Positions 13,461 to 27,900 of a stretch of DNA of 64,000 nucleotides are shown here, one piece after another. This stretch comes from Octopus sinensis. Taxonomy: Eukaryota. Location of the stretch: positions 158,224,001-158,288,000 of the forward strand of contig NC_043000.1 of assembly GCF_006345805.1 (NCBI RefSeq), read 5' to 3'. Position 1 is the stretch's first letter; the number at the start of each line of letters is the position of its first letter. Both the position numbers and the translations under genes were made by a program. The notes beneath the pieces are model-generated. The model had not been told where the DNA came from. It saw only the letters and a program-made list of their open reading frames with translations, and searched no databases.

Positions 13461-16400
13461 ATACCAACAGCTAAAACCAAAAAGAATAAAGGATTAACCA
13501 TCAATATCAAGAGGAACATGTGTTACGAGAACAAGAAAATAAAATAAATTAACCTTACTAACAACATCATGAGGACAATCAGAGCAATATCAACATCAAA
13601 ATAAATAACATTAACAGCGGAACAATCAGAATTATATCGGTATCACAAAAGTAATATCAGCATCAACATTAGGCACATTATCCGGGGAACGATTGAGAGC
13701 AAGTAGCATCATAATCACAACAAGAACAACAAAACAACAATAACAATAACAATAACAATATCGGCAACAGCAGAAGAAACTGCTGCACCAACAAACGATT
13801 TTAAGCAGAACATGTGTAAAGGGGACAAAAAGAAACAAAAAACAGTTAACAATTCTCTTAGCAGTAATAAAAAAATTTTTAAATGAAAACGATTAACGGC
13901 AATTAATATCAATAAATTATAGAAATAATCACGGCAAGTACTGTCTGCAACATCAAGAATAAAATTTTCAACAGCAAAAAGACTTGTAATACAAACAACA
14001 GCTGTTTCTCTAATACTTCAACAATAGCAGCAGCAACCACGGCGGCCGCGGCGGCAACAGCAGCTACAATGAATGCATAAATTACAGCAAAAACATGGAA
14101 TATTCCCACAAAGACACTCGATGTGTCAAAGGTGTGATCAATATTCTTTCAAATCTTACCAAACCGTTTTATAAAAGGGTGAATAGTTGAATGAAGCAAA
14201 TTTGAAAATAATTCGATGAAATAGAAAACGTTTTATCACATCATAAGTTCCTGTCGAATATATTTGCACACAGTCACTGCACCGATCTGCGTGTAATAAT
14301 CCTGTTCGTTTTGCGGTCACCTGGATTTACATTAAAACAACAAAAACATGCAACTACAAACACTAGAATTACTAAACCAGTGATAGAGTGTATTTGTTAT
14401 GGTTCAGTCACGGAAACGTGACTGCTCCATGACACTTCACTAGGTTCATGACCATAGAGTGGCGAAATTAATGCGGTTTGTAAGTGGATAACTGCACAAA
14501 GAATATGAATGGAAACGGTATACCAGAGTGTTGCAGGTTTGGGAGTACAAAAAGTCAGCATTGTTGTTAACGTGGATTTGTAGAAGTGAGCATAGTGTAG
14601 ATGGCGAGGAGAGAGGTGACAGGTGTTTCGATATTGTTTGAGTAGACTTTCGGGTTGTGTGCCTAGAGTAGTAAAGGAAAATATATTTTTTGAGTAGACG
14701 GGCATGAAATAAGCTACGTAATTCAGTCTTTTTTTAGGATGGGAAGAAATAAAAACGCGATAAGAATGCAAATCTCTTTGCTAGACGTCCGATAATATCC
14801 GCGAAAGTCCAGATGACAAATATCGGCTGCTTTATTTTCATGTACTATAGAATTTACTATAGAATGATGTATTTTAGCAAAAACAGTATCGTTATAGAGT
14901 GTAACTAATTTTTGGAAGCTGAAATATTGCCTGGCTCTGAAATGAAAAAGTAGTTTGTATTGTATGGTTTTTACTACGTTACGAATATTAACTCGCTGGG
15001 ATTGACTATTATTAATCACAAGCCTTAGTATTTATATTGATTTTGACTGTTTTAGTTGCGTGTTTTCCAAGACTAGAGGAAATGGGGTAGAAAATTGTTT
15101 CCTTGTCATGTGTAATCATTGAAACTGACATTGATGTGTCCCCATTGAATGATATTTTCCAGGGAAATGTCCGTGGATGTAAAGTAATATCAACTAAAAG
15201 CAATGGATTAGAACAGCTACAAAAACAACACCAACAGCTCTTGCAATTCCACAACTACAACAACAAATTTATGCTGAAAGAAATTCATTAACAACAGCTA
15301 CTTAAAAATACTACAACGTAGACAACACAGTGGATTATAATTGATCATAGAAAATTCTACATAAACTTAAAAATAAAACTTGCATCAATTATTAAATCCT
15401 CGGTCAACATCACAACAACGAAAGCAACAGTAGCAACAACAGCAACACTCACAGCTGTAATATAAAAGACACAACAAAAAGAGCAAGCCTAACTCCAATT
15501 ATGACAGTAGTAAGACGTTACGACCCGAGTAACAACAATAATACGACTATCAACATCAAATTAAAAACGACAAACCTACAGACATAGCATGCTTCAAAAG
15601 CAGCAGTGACAACAGTAATGGCAATAACAGTAAGAAAGCGATAGCAACGAGGTCCTCGGTGATCCTCATCGCAGAGATGTACCTGCATGAAATAGTCGCT
15701 AAGTTGCGCACAATAGAAAAGGCATTGTCTTAAAAAGTGGAAGGAAACAGATCATATGGTTCAGTGTCTGAAAACCACAAAGCTATGAAAACACGAAAGC
15801 ATAAAAAGCATTCACAACTGTGAGGATAGTTGCAACCAAAGCAATAACAACGAGAATCGCGGCAATAGCAACTACATTATCCAACACAATAATAGCAATA
15901 AATAATTATGTGCCCCAGTAAGAAAGAAGTATCAATAAATATAGGGTCTACAATAGCAATTACGTACAATAGCAATTATAGCAAAAAAAAAAATAATAAA
16001 TAAATAAGACAACTGCCTGTGTAACAATAATAACATGCAGTAAATAGAAGGAAAATGAATAACTTCAGACATCATTATCATCAAAATCAGCAAAAACAGT
16101 AAGAACAACGGCAATGATAGTGACGATTATCAGCAAGAAGAGTAAGAGTAAGTGTAGAAATTAAGGTAGAAAATATCAGCAATCACTATTGTGGCAATAA
16201 GGATATTAGCAAAAACAACAACAACAGTAGCAAACATAGTAGGAACAGCAGCAATATTAGCAATAACATTTGTGACAGCAGCAATAATACCAACTACGTC
16301 AGTAACAACCACACAATAGCTGCAAGCATATCGAAAAACTTTCGAAAATAACCGAAAAAAAATAATCCACAAAGTCAGTAACAGCTGTGATTGGAGGAAC

Positions 16401-17244
16401 ATCAAATGAAGAATATAAAATATAGCACTCACAACAATGGCAACAACATCAATAGGAAAACTTCATCAGCAAATTTATCAATTCAGTCCAAAACTTCAAA
16501 ACACCAGAGGGAATAACAATCAACCAGGAGAGTTTTTTGAAATTACGCCAGGTTTTCTTGAAAAAATAAACGAGTGGTATATTGGATTACGTAGTGTTAA
16601 ATACAACATGTTTGGATAAAATGCTAGATGACCATGAGTAAAACATTGCCAGTCATGTCATAGGTCTCTAAGATCAAACCTTGTCTTGAACAAAATATAA
16701 CAACATTAGCAATTAATCACACCAAATACAGTAGCAGAAAATAGGCAGCCGAAACAGTTTTAAAATATCACTAGAGTAATTGAAACGTGCAGCTGTGACA
16801 ACGAGAGAAAACATCAGAGATACGGTAACATCTTGAACAGATGACTCAAATAATTTTAACTGTTCAACAAGAAACTAGAAACATAAGCCGTATTTTTTAA
16901 TTAATTAATTGATCAGAGGTAGAAGGTCAGAAACAATTGGACTTTCGACTTTTTCGTTTACGCGCTAGCTATCGCCATTAACACAATTACCTCTAGATTG
17001 AAAGGCGATAACAGCGATAAAAGATTAATAGAGAATATAAATCCATAGAAACAACCCTAAAAATGTCATGAAAATACAAGGCTTCGCAACAACACCAGCA
17101 ATGAAAAGAACGATCGCAGTAGTAACAAAATTTACAGTTATTAACTATAGGTCAATTGACTCAATAAAATCGCAACTGTATAGCCGACATGACGAACATT
17201 GGTTTCAAACTTTGGCACAAGACCAGTACTTCGGGGAAGGGAAA

Positions 17245-17370
17245 ATTTGATTACATCAACTCCGAAAGGATGAAATACAAAGTCGACACCGGTGGAATTT
17301 GAACTCAAAACGTAAGGATGGACGAAATGTCGTTTAGCATTTTTAACGTTATGCTAAGAATTTTGCCAAC
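17245..17370 (-). mobile_element. SINE fragment
   Basis: Reverse complement of the SINE block at 1-260, including the B-box GAGTTCAAATTCC. Confidence 0.7.
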
Positions 17371-19968
17371 ATGCCATTTGTTGCATATCAAATATTGGCT
17401 TCTAAAACAAGGACATATTGGATAATATGAATAATTAATGGTAAAGTACTGAATGAGGACCCTAAAATTTCTCATTTTCCGATTAGTATAATTTGCCTTA
17501 TTAAAAATGAAAACGGCTTCACTGAACTCAATTATCCAATGACATGTCAAGGACCAACATTTATTATTTCTCTTAGATTTTTTTTATTGATGGCTAAATA
17601 ACGGACTCGCTGTTAATGGAGCAATCATAACGGTAACCAACACGAATGTTTACGATCAATGTTGAACAGCGAACACACATCAACAACAACAAAAAGAACA
17701 ACAACGATAACTAAACCAATAACATCTGCAGCAACGATTGTAAATGCAGCTAGAATAGAAAGAAAAATATATTAGCGAGAAACAATAAAAGGGATAAAAT
17801 AGCAAGCATGTTTGCACCTAAAGATATAAGAAGCAATAACGAGCGTAAAAAAAAACAACCGCAACGGCTGCAGCCGTCGCAACGGTGACAGCACAGCAAC
17901 AGAAAAATTTTCATAGACGATAGTCAGTTCATCTGTAGCAAGGACAATAACAGTAGCAACATGGGAGCCCGAAACAATTATTGATTCTCTCTCTGGTTCC
18001 CCAATATGCTCCGAATGGCTGTCAAACTTCTATAATTGTCACTACTCTTGTAAGAAAAAACCGGACATAATGAAACAACGAAATCTAGGATACACTGTGT
18101 CTAATGCAGTAAGAATGGTCTGGGCTAGAATACTTTTAGACAGAGACCATCTCTAACGGCGTTAGTCTAAGGTGGAACAGCCACTTAATATATAAGGGCA
18201 GTCATCATAGCAGTATCTATAGCAAGCGTAGCGGCAATAGTAATCCAACATTTATTTCACACTATTGCTGCAGATAAGGATAAGGATGGTACTGCAGACC
18301 AGGGAAGGATGCGTCTCAGGTATACCACCTTACAAATGGGGCAACTATTCTCAGTGAATCAGCCATTAACTGCCAAGGTGTGTCGATAATGAATTTCCAA
18401 ATACAAATATTTCAACTGCCTGTTGCACCCCTCATTGACAGAAATAACTATCATTTGTTAACCCTCACCCTAGTCAATAGAACAAAACAACTAATATTTG
18501 TTAAAATCCACTCCAGTCAATGCAGTCATTAGTAGCTGAAGTCTGTCAGCGTACCAATGTATTATATACCAGCAAAACGAGAAGAAAGAGAATTTCAGCT
18601 TATATAGAAATGTAATACAGTGTAAAGGCCTTCTTATGCCTAAGGGTCTATCTCCATTTTAAAAGCATTATACAGGGAACAAAGAAACCTACTGGATTTC
18701 TTGAAAACAGCTCCACTCTCTCTTAAGGTAATATTTCAGTCTTATTTCTCATCTATTCCCGAGAGCTATGTAAGCGAAGATGCTACATAATTAAATACTT
18801 GGATAAATCGCATATATTCACATACAAGGTAAATGTCGAAGAAATATCTGGGAAATTTTGCCTGAAGCTTGAAATTAGAGGGATTAATTCTACTTTACAA
18901 TATCGCACTAAACTTCTGGGCTAACACAGACGGTACTAAAAAATTAAAGCGAATTTTTAATATATAAATGCCTTGTTGATAAACTACAGTTGTTACTGTT
19001 TTATGTTGGTATTCGTTTATTACTTCAAGTGAATTAGTGGCGCTCTTGAAATATCAAACTACCGCTTTCAAAAAAAAAAATGTATATGGTAATGTAATAC
19101 AAGATGTGTGCATGTCATGTTTATAGCTGGAATGACTCTGAAACACGTATCCTCGATTAGAGTTATGAATTAAGGCAAATCCAAATAAAGGGCACTTCCG
19201 GTGGTCACTGAGCCAAACAGCATGAGAATAAAGGTAAACCCTCAAACTACAGAAATGATATGATGGATAATTATGTCTTAAATGCACAACCTGAAGTGAA
19301 ATATGCGATGAGTTAGGCAGGAATGCTTTGCTCATAGATTTGCTTGACCCAAACTCATGTAGGACTAAAACTGCTCCGCTACAGACTTGTTAGTTTAAGG
19401 AACCGATATACTACGGACCACTGATGGTTTACAAAGTAACGATATGATAACTTATTTTCGAGTAACTTGTACGTACGCATAGATGTTTTAATAAGGTATC
19501 CAACAACTACTTATTATCTGGTATTCTATCGATAATCATTCAGGGAGATAGTCAATCGGTTAGACCAGTGATTGCTTTAAACATAGTATGCCAAACACGC
19601 ATGCGTCCCACAAGGTATATCTAGGTGCAACATGAAAATAATTAAAAATACTTTAAAAATGTGAAAAGTACAAACTAAAATTATAAAACCTTCATAACTA
19701 TAATTAATTTATTTACAAAAGAATGATTATGATATAATTTTATACGTTTTAAATTATAGTGTATGAATACATTTCATTTGTGCGTCGTCATTTGAAGAAT
19801 TTTGTAACATTGTTTTACCGTGTAATCTCTAACGGATATAATGACATGCTCTAATTCATTTTTATAGATATGATTTTAATCTTATAGTTTATCATACAAA
19901 TCTACTTTGATGACTGACATTATATACCTGCCTTCTGTCATAGCTGCAACACCTCAGTTGCTATTAAG

Positions 19969-20334
19969 ATATGTTTCTTTATTAGCCACACAGGACTGAA
20001 ATTCTTTTATCGCGAGCAAAGGCGTACGGGCGCACGGCAGCGACGACGGCGCGTAGGCACAGGCGAGGAGGAAACCCAACGTTCAATTGCGAGAGGAAGA
20101 ACAAACGAAACGGCGGTGGACACCGGCATGCGAGCGAGCGAAGCTGCCGAGGCGCACGACGAAAGCGAGGGCAAGGGTGCTCGTTTAAAGGCGGGTGAAG
20201 CGGCGGCGGCGGAAAGTCGGGGACACGCCGGCCGTGTGGAATCCATCACGCACCGGTGAGCATGGAGTTACCCGTTGGCAGAAAGGGGCGACGAGAACAT
20301 CGCTTCGAGACCGTCACCTCTTCATATCAGCTAC
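19969..20334 (-). mobile_element. GC-rich retroposed insert carrying the Tx1-type 3' tail
   Basis: 11-bp direct repeat TTGCTATTAAG at 19958-19968 and 20335-20345. The minus-strand 3' end CCTGTGTGGCTAATAAAGAAACATAT is identical to 35586-35611. Confidence 0.75.
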
Positions 20335-20949
20335 TTGCTATTAAGTTAATCAATTTTAATACATGGTCGAGGTAAATGTGTTTTTAAGAGAAGCAGTAGG
20401 TATAGTCACAGAAATGGACTCTAGATGAAATTTGAAAGAAACTCGAATGAAATTTGTAGAAACAAACTATTAATTCACATCACATTCGGAAAGACCTGGA
20501 AGCTTTATTAAGACGAAATTCTTGTGATATTAGAGTGAATTCTAACATTCGTGCAACGGCCTAACAATATATCACTGGAGAAGACGTGGCTATGTTTGGA
20601 GAATGTTTGCTTGATTGGATATATACACACGTGCGCGTACTATCTATCTATCTACTTATCTATCTATGTACCTATCTATCTATTTATCTATCTATGTATA
20701 CACAGACAAACACACACACGCAACACACGCATGCACACAAATACACAAACACACACTCAAATACCCACACATGTATATATCCAACCTTTTCCTTGACTGA
20801 ATATTGTACTGGAGTGTCGATCTCAGACACTTCTCGATGATTTTATTTGTTTAAACTAATTGCTTTTTAGATTATTGTTTCGTTTTAATTGACATTATAG
20901 AGGCGTTCCCTTGAGAGACGATATACAAAGTTCAGTTTGTGATTGTATA

Positions 20950-21800
20950 TAATTTGTTTGCAGCGCAAGAATCACTGTTCTGTTGACTCTATTAAATCTC
21001 AAGATGGTAATTTTTATCATGTTATTATTTAAGCATTATTAGTGTGTTCTGTGGTTCTGGATGATACAGTTTTTCAGAAGAGTATTGTGAATAATAAAGT
21101 TTATTTGATATGGTTCTAGCTTGTGTGCCTGTACAAATATTTTATTGGATATTATTTCCCAGTTTATACTGGTAGCAATTTTCCATATTTTTGGAACATT
21201 TTCCTCTCATTGAAGATATACTGGAAAGATCCAATTAGCTTCATATTGAATGAAATTCACGGGTCATAGAATTGAGTCCACACACTATTGATCTCCGATT
21301 CATCATTGTTCGTGCCATAAAATTATAGTCATTTTCATCGTGGGGGTATGGGTATAGCTTCGGTGGCAAGGGTTATATAAGAAATTCCCTTATTCAGTAA
21401 GTATGTTAAGAGACACACATAGGCAGTTCTTTCCAGTGCAAAGCCATGTACTTTTGGTTTCCATTTCCTTGTTGTAAATATTTCGTACATTATTTTTCAG
21501 ATAATTACGAATATATTGCGAGTGATGCAGCTTCGTTAATATATTAAGGACCCTTTGATTATATCACGTAACTGTAACCTAGGAAAGAGGAAAGGAAATA
21601 CCCTATGGGAATACATTCCATTTTCGTTTCCAGTTTTATTCATCTTATTTTCTTTTCGCTTGAAATAGCATCATATGTTTTACTAATAATACCGTTAGAA
21701 TGACATGCCTTCTTGAGCAACTATACTTAGAAACCACAGCTCACTATTCTAGCAGATGCATACAAGTGAATAATTAAATAACTGCATGAAAAAATTGTGC
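20950..21800 (-). mobile_element. Highly degenerate Penelope-like remnant
   Basis: Minus-strand peptide ASINWEIISNKIF resembles the I-x-W-x-I-I segment of GIY-YIG PLE C-termini; weak support. Confidence 0.25.
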
Positions 21801-22479
21801 ATCCGTTATAATACGTAAACGAACATACATAGAGAAGAAATATTAAAGACATACCTACACATAGGTATTCATATGTATATATACTCGTGATCATCTACTA
21901 AATATTTGAAATACGTGTGCGTATATAGGAACTACTCCAAAGAAATAAGCAGGCACACTCAGATACCGAAAATATACAAGCCATAACGTTTCAGTGTATA
22001 TGTAAAAAAAGGAAATATAGAAAACGTAGATAGCACAAACAGGCGATGGGAAGGAATATCGTGCAATTCAAACGCAATGCATAATGGATTTATTTTCCTA
22101 TATAGTTTAAAGATGAAACACGACCATGTGGATTACGAGACGTTATATACATAGGATACATTTGTGACATAATAATATTACTTTGGATGCATCTACTAAT
22201 CACACATAGATACAAAAATCCATACACGTATACACACGTATAAAGACAAACTACATGCATACGTAAACATCTACACGCACACATATATGATTCGCTTTCG
22301 CTGGGACTTCACGCTTTACAATACAGCTCATTCAAAGAATTTGATAATAAATTTCACTGCCCTCTTAAAATTAATTCAGCTCCACCTGCAGATACACCGT
22401 TGATTCCTTTATGAAACTAACTTTAAAATAATATCCTTAATATTACACTCACGCGCACTGGAGCCTGCGCTCATTTTTA

Positions 22480-22593
22480 TATAAACATATACATATATAT
22501 TTTATATTAATATGTATATAATATATACATATATATTTTATATTAATATGTATATAATATATGCATATATATCTAATATATATATATATATAT

Positions 22594-22630
<37 letters not shown>

Positions 22631-22639
22631 TATATAATA

Positions 22640-22686
<47 letters not shown>

Positions 22687-22794
22687 TATACATATATTGT
22701 GTATATATATATATATATATAAATATATATATACATATATAAACATATATATATACACCTATATATATACATATGCATATACATATACATATAC

Positions 22795-22836
<42 letters not shown>

Positions 22837-23035
22837 ATGTATATATATGTATACATATATATACATGTATATATATATATACATATATATATATGCATAT
22901 ATAGATATACATATAAATATATATATATATATGTACACACATACATACACACATATATTTCTATATAGATACACATATATATATACATGTATATATATGC
23001 ACATATATATACATGTATATATATGCATATATATG

Positions 23036-23066
<31 letters not shown>

Positions 23067-23090
23067 ATATATATATATATATATATATGC
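22480..23090. repeat. Long compound (AT)n/(ACAT)n microsatellite
   Basis: Directly visible. Confidence 0.95.
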
Positions 23091-26000
23091 ATACGAATAT
23101 TCACACATATGAAGGAACATGCGTGCATATGTGCGCGAGCAATTTTCCTGATGCTCACTTGCCTGTAATTATGACCGAATACCCTTTCTTATGTCGTACA
23201 TTATGTATGAGTTACCATCTATAACAGTGTGCTTAATCATAATTCCCTTCATGCAGCACAGATGCCAGTATCCATCTCTAATTTTCTTTCATTTTCCATT
23301 TCTATTATCTCGGTTTATTTTCTTCCAACTCTAACTCTAACCATAACATAACCATTTTCTCGACTCACCACATAAATATGCCAGAAATCTCAAAACGCCT
23401 ATGCTATACTGCATCTCTCCGTCTTCGCCCTTTGCTTATCCCTTCAGTTACAGACCCACCATCCTAGAGCTCCTTATTTACTTCTACTGCAATCTACTCC
23501 TATGATTTAATATAAGTGGCTTCTGCTCAATCCTTACCCACCCATTCTCTCCCTCGACATCTCCACATTACTCCCGATATGTTGTTTTGATATTTTCATA
23601 TACCCTATTCGTCTGACTTACTTTTTTCCGCTCGTTAAATCTTATCTTTCTCTTCTTTCAGGGTAACTCTGAACCTGCAATTATCCTTCCCGCTCTTTTA
23701 TTCTTTCATACTCCTTCCTTTTACTTTCACTTTCAGTTCCTCTTGTTTCTTGCACTTCCCTTCTTGTTTTCCTCGCTTCCTTTCTCTTGCTTGTATGAAA
23801 GATAATTCCTTTTTCTTTTCATTCTTTCCCTATTTTATACCTTTTGTGATTTTCAAAATGTTTACTTCTAATGCATTTGTGTAAGTTGGTCTTTCTATGT
23901 ATAGGTAAATAGTTAAATACTTCTATGAGTGCGTATGCATGAATAAGTGGACGTGATTATACCTTTACATACGCAGAAATAAATAAACAGAAAATGTGAA
24001 ACCAAACGCATTTTTATGCATATCTGTAATAAGCGCGCACACACACACACACATTTTTTCCCGGGGTAAAAAATTCGATTTTGTTACTTATATATATCCA
24101 ATGTAGAAAAAGTATTTGAGTGTCGAAAAGCCGAATCGATATATTATCGAAATAATTGAGAAAGCATTTCGTTATTCGATAACTTCACTAGCATCATTTA
24201 CGGTAAAGTCAATGCATACAACATGTTTTGGCTCTCGCGCATCTCCCACAAACGCCTCTGATGCAGATGCGAATCATTTACTATTCTCAGCTATCTTCGA
24301 AAATTATTATTCTCATTCACCCATTTCTATTACTGATGCAACCGCCCAGCAAACGCCATTAAACTTTTGCTACACCTTTCAACTTATCCAGTCACCAGTT
24401 TATTTGTGTTAACATTTCTTCTGGATCTTGTCAAATCAATGTATCACTTTTCATTTGTATATCTTAGTGCTATGGTACTCAAATCCAGCTAAGTCCTTAC
24501 TGCGGCAGCACGCCTTTCTTTCAGTTTGCCTTGATTGAAACTTTGTTTTAATTCTAACCTCCAGCATGTCTTAACTATTTTGTTAAGTTCTTTCCCAACA
24601 CTCTTACAAACATAACTGATTGGTTTATAATTACAAAGTGGATTTACCTGCAGTCAAGCGTCCGTGGCACATATAAGAACACAGAGTAAAATGTGTACAA
24701 TAGTTCATTATAGAGTTTAATTCACCGACCCACCCTAAGTCTTTGATGTCTTCTCGTAGAGGCCACATCGTTAAAAGCATTTGTATCATGTCTTGGATAT
24801 GAGCATCTGTTTTTATCTTCTTTCAGCTATATTAGTGCCCTTAGCAATTTTCCTCTCCATATAAAATAATAATAAAACAATTTAAGTGACAAACGATTAT
24901 TCACTGCCAAAATGTATGCTTTACTACACTACTGTAAATAGCAATTCTGATGAACTAAATCCTTCTTGAGTCAACCACTGTCGATAAAATTAACTATTTA
25001 CGTCTCCAGTCTTACTATGTCATGCATACAGTCATAATGTGTTACAATAACTTTGGTCATTTCAATCTAACGATGTGATCATTCTCTACGTGGTTACTGA
25101 AACTTAGAATCACATTGTACAGACGAGGGTGTACCGCCTTTCATTTATATTTTTTCTTCTTAAACCAATCTCTCTCATTCTTCGAAAAGAAGCTACTGTA
25201 TGTTCTATCCTCGACACATGCAATCTCTGCGGCCAATAGATTCCTTAGCAATCGCACAACCTTCAACATGTGTGTGTCCATGATATATAGAAAAAAAAAA
25301 CACTTGAAGTCAATTATCACCTTCAGTTGCATACCCATGGGATACACGTTCGATTCCTATGCTTTATGCAAATTTACACCGTTCCGCCACATGTTGAAAT
25401 TCAATAGCAACTGTAATGTACACAGAGATTCAATCTTCACTGTCAAGGTCTTTCCATTTATACATGATCAAATGAATGCATGTGGCTTTGTGGTTTTTGC
25501 GGTTAACTGGTTGCTCTTATGACAGCAAGATGGTGGTTTCGTTGTCCAGACACGGAAGTGCGTTTGTGTTCTTAGTCAAAACACTTCCTTCAACGCTACC
25601 CCAGTTCGCTCAGGTGTAAATGAATAAGCTACAACGCACTTTCAGATAAGATATTGTGATCTCGGTCTCATATGCTCTAGAAGCAGAGTAAGTTTTCATT
25701 CCTCAGGGAATAGAATGATAACCAGTTAGAGATTTCAATGACATATAATAGTTATAAATTGTTACCACTACTGTCAGTCCATTAGGAATAATTTGCAATT
25801 GTTATTCAAGACTGCACACTTCAATTAAATTACCCAAATTAGTCACCGACTTCTTTGAGTTACTGCTTGAAATATATAAGACGTGATACCATACTATCAG
25901 ATGTTATTATATCAAGTAATACCATACTATTGGATGTTGTTATAACAGGTGATACCATTCTATCGAATGTGTTAAACATTGCAGATCAAAATGAAACTTT

Positions 26001-26724
26001 GTATCGTTTTAGATTTCGACTGATGCCACTGCGCTGGCTAGGTGAGTAGGCTCATATTCCCCCTGACCGGAAAAATCTCGTCTGTCACAGACTTTTCCAT
26101 TTCATTCTGAGTTGATTGACCTGACATTTACACACACACACAGACACACACACACACACACACATACACCGCACACACATATTATGCATGTAATTGTGTG
26201 CGCATACATATATATATATATATATATATACCTCTCCTCCAGCTAATTTCTGTGATTCGACCAAAGCAGCCCTATTGAATAGTACCGGTTAAATGACTGC
26301 GTTTAAGTTCTTCATTCTATCTTACTTTCTTGATACAGAATTTTTCTCCCTCTTGATCACAAATGCCATATTCTTCCCTCCACATTATTTCATTGAAATA
26401 CCGCTCCCCTTGCTAAATTCTGAGATTCAGCCAAAACAGCCCTATTGAATATTACCAGTGAAATGACTTTGCTTAAATTCCTCATTCCTCTCACTCCTTT
26501 ATAACTTCTTTTTCTTTCTTTTAATACTTATTTCTCTCTACTTTTCTATCCCCCTCTCCTACGTTAACCTGTACCTCTTTGTGGCAATGCAAACTTTCAT
26601 TTAATTAAGATATCCTTGGCCGGAAGAGTTATACACCTCACCTGGATACTTACCACTTCTTGTGTTCCACTCGCTATGAAAAATATGTAGCCCAGATCTT
26701 ATCTACTCCATTCTGCAACTCTTG

Positions 26725-26895
26725 TATATATATATAATATATATGTATATATATATATATATAATATATAATATATATATTATATAATATATATATATAT
26801 AATATATATATATAATATATATATTATATATACAAGAGTATATACATATATATAATACATGTATATATATATATATATATCTATATATATATATA

Positions 26896-26965
<70 letters not shown>

Positions 26966-27019
26966 TATATGTATATATATATATGTGTATATATATATAT
27001 ATGTGTATATATATATATG

Positions 27020-27052
<33 letters not shown>

Positions 27053-27055
27053 GTG

Positions 27056-27087
<32 letters not shown>

Positions 27088-27115
27088 GATATATATATAT
27101 ATAATATATATATAT
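26725..27115. repeat. Compound (AT)n microsatellite
   Basis: Directly visible. Confidence 0.95.
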
Positions 27116-27579
27116 GGCAAGAAAGAGAGAGAAATATAAAGACACAAATCTATGAGCGTGAGTTTGCATATGTCAGAACAAAGAAATATTATGTAATAAA
27201 TTTTCAGCTGAACAATAAGAACAAAATTAGTCATAAGCAGGAGTAAATAGAAACAAGAAAAAATATTTCCAATAACCATGATATACATTAATAATTTCTT
27301 ATGCGAATTCTTCCACAAAAATTACATCAACTACTGCTTAAATTTTAGTTTTTGCCTGCTATTTATGCTTATATTAATTTTGAACTGCGCCATTATATTC
27401 TCATGAAGAGTAGTTTTATATATTTCCTATGTTTATGTATATTAGATATTTGTTTCATCCGTCTAACAACAAAACAACAAAAGTGAAAATCATAAATAAA
27501 TAAATCATGTATATATGGCATTGCTAGACGTAGCGGCTAGATTTTCAAATATCATACATACAGCATTTACATATCCAAT

Positions 27580-27627
27580 TTCTACACACACACGCGCGTG
27601 CACACACACACAAACACAGAGAGAGAG

Positions 27628-27700
<73 letters not shown>

Positions 27701-27900
27701 CGTGTGTGTGTGTGTATATATACATACATGTATATATATGTATATATATATATGTATATATGTATATATATATATATATGTGTATATATATACATATGTA
27801 CATAAATATATGAATGCATATTAGTATAAAAGTATGCACACCCCACACACACGCACACATAGATATGTATGTATGCATATATATGGAAACACGCATATAT
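27580..27900. repeat. Compound (CA)/(TA)/(TG) microsatellite
   Basis: Directly visible. Confidence 0.9.

Noticed and set aside
15570-15690. Minus-strand TTTCATGCAG|G ... GTAG|GT segment as an exon
   Set aside because: It lies in a decayed triplet-repeat tract; several frames are open by composition alone.
20007-20249. GC-rich 80-aa ORF as a bacterial contaminant or horizontally acquired gene
   Set aside because: The segment has a TSD and a Tx1-type 3' tail in host-like flanks; the peptide is low-complexity with no recognisable domain.
25122-25430. Possible deleted mariner or MITE derivative
   Set aside because: Only one TIR-like end (ACGAGGGTG); no matching second end found.
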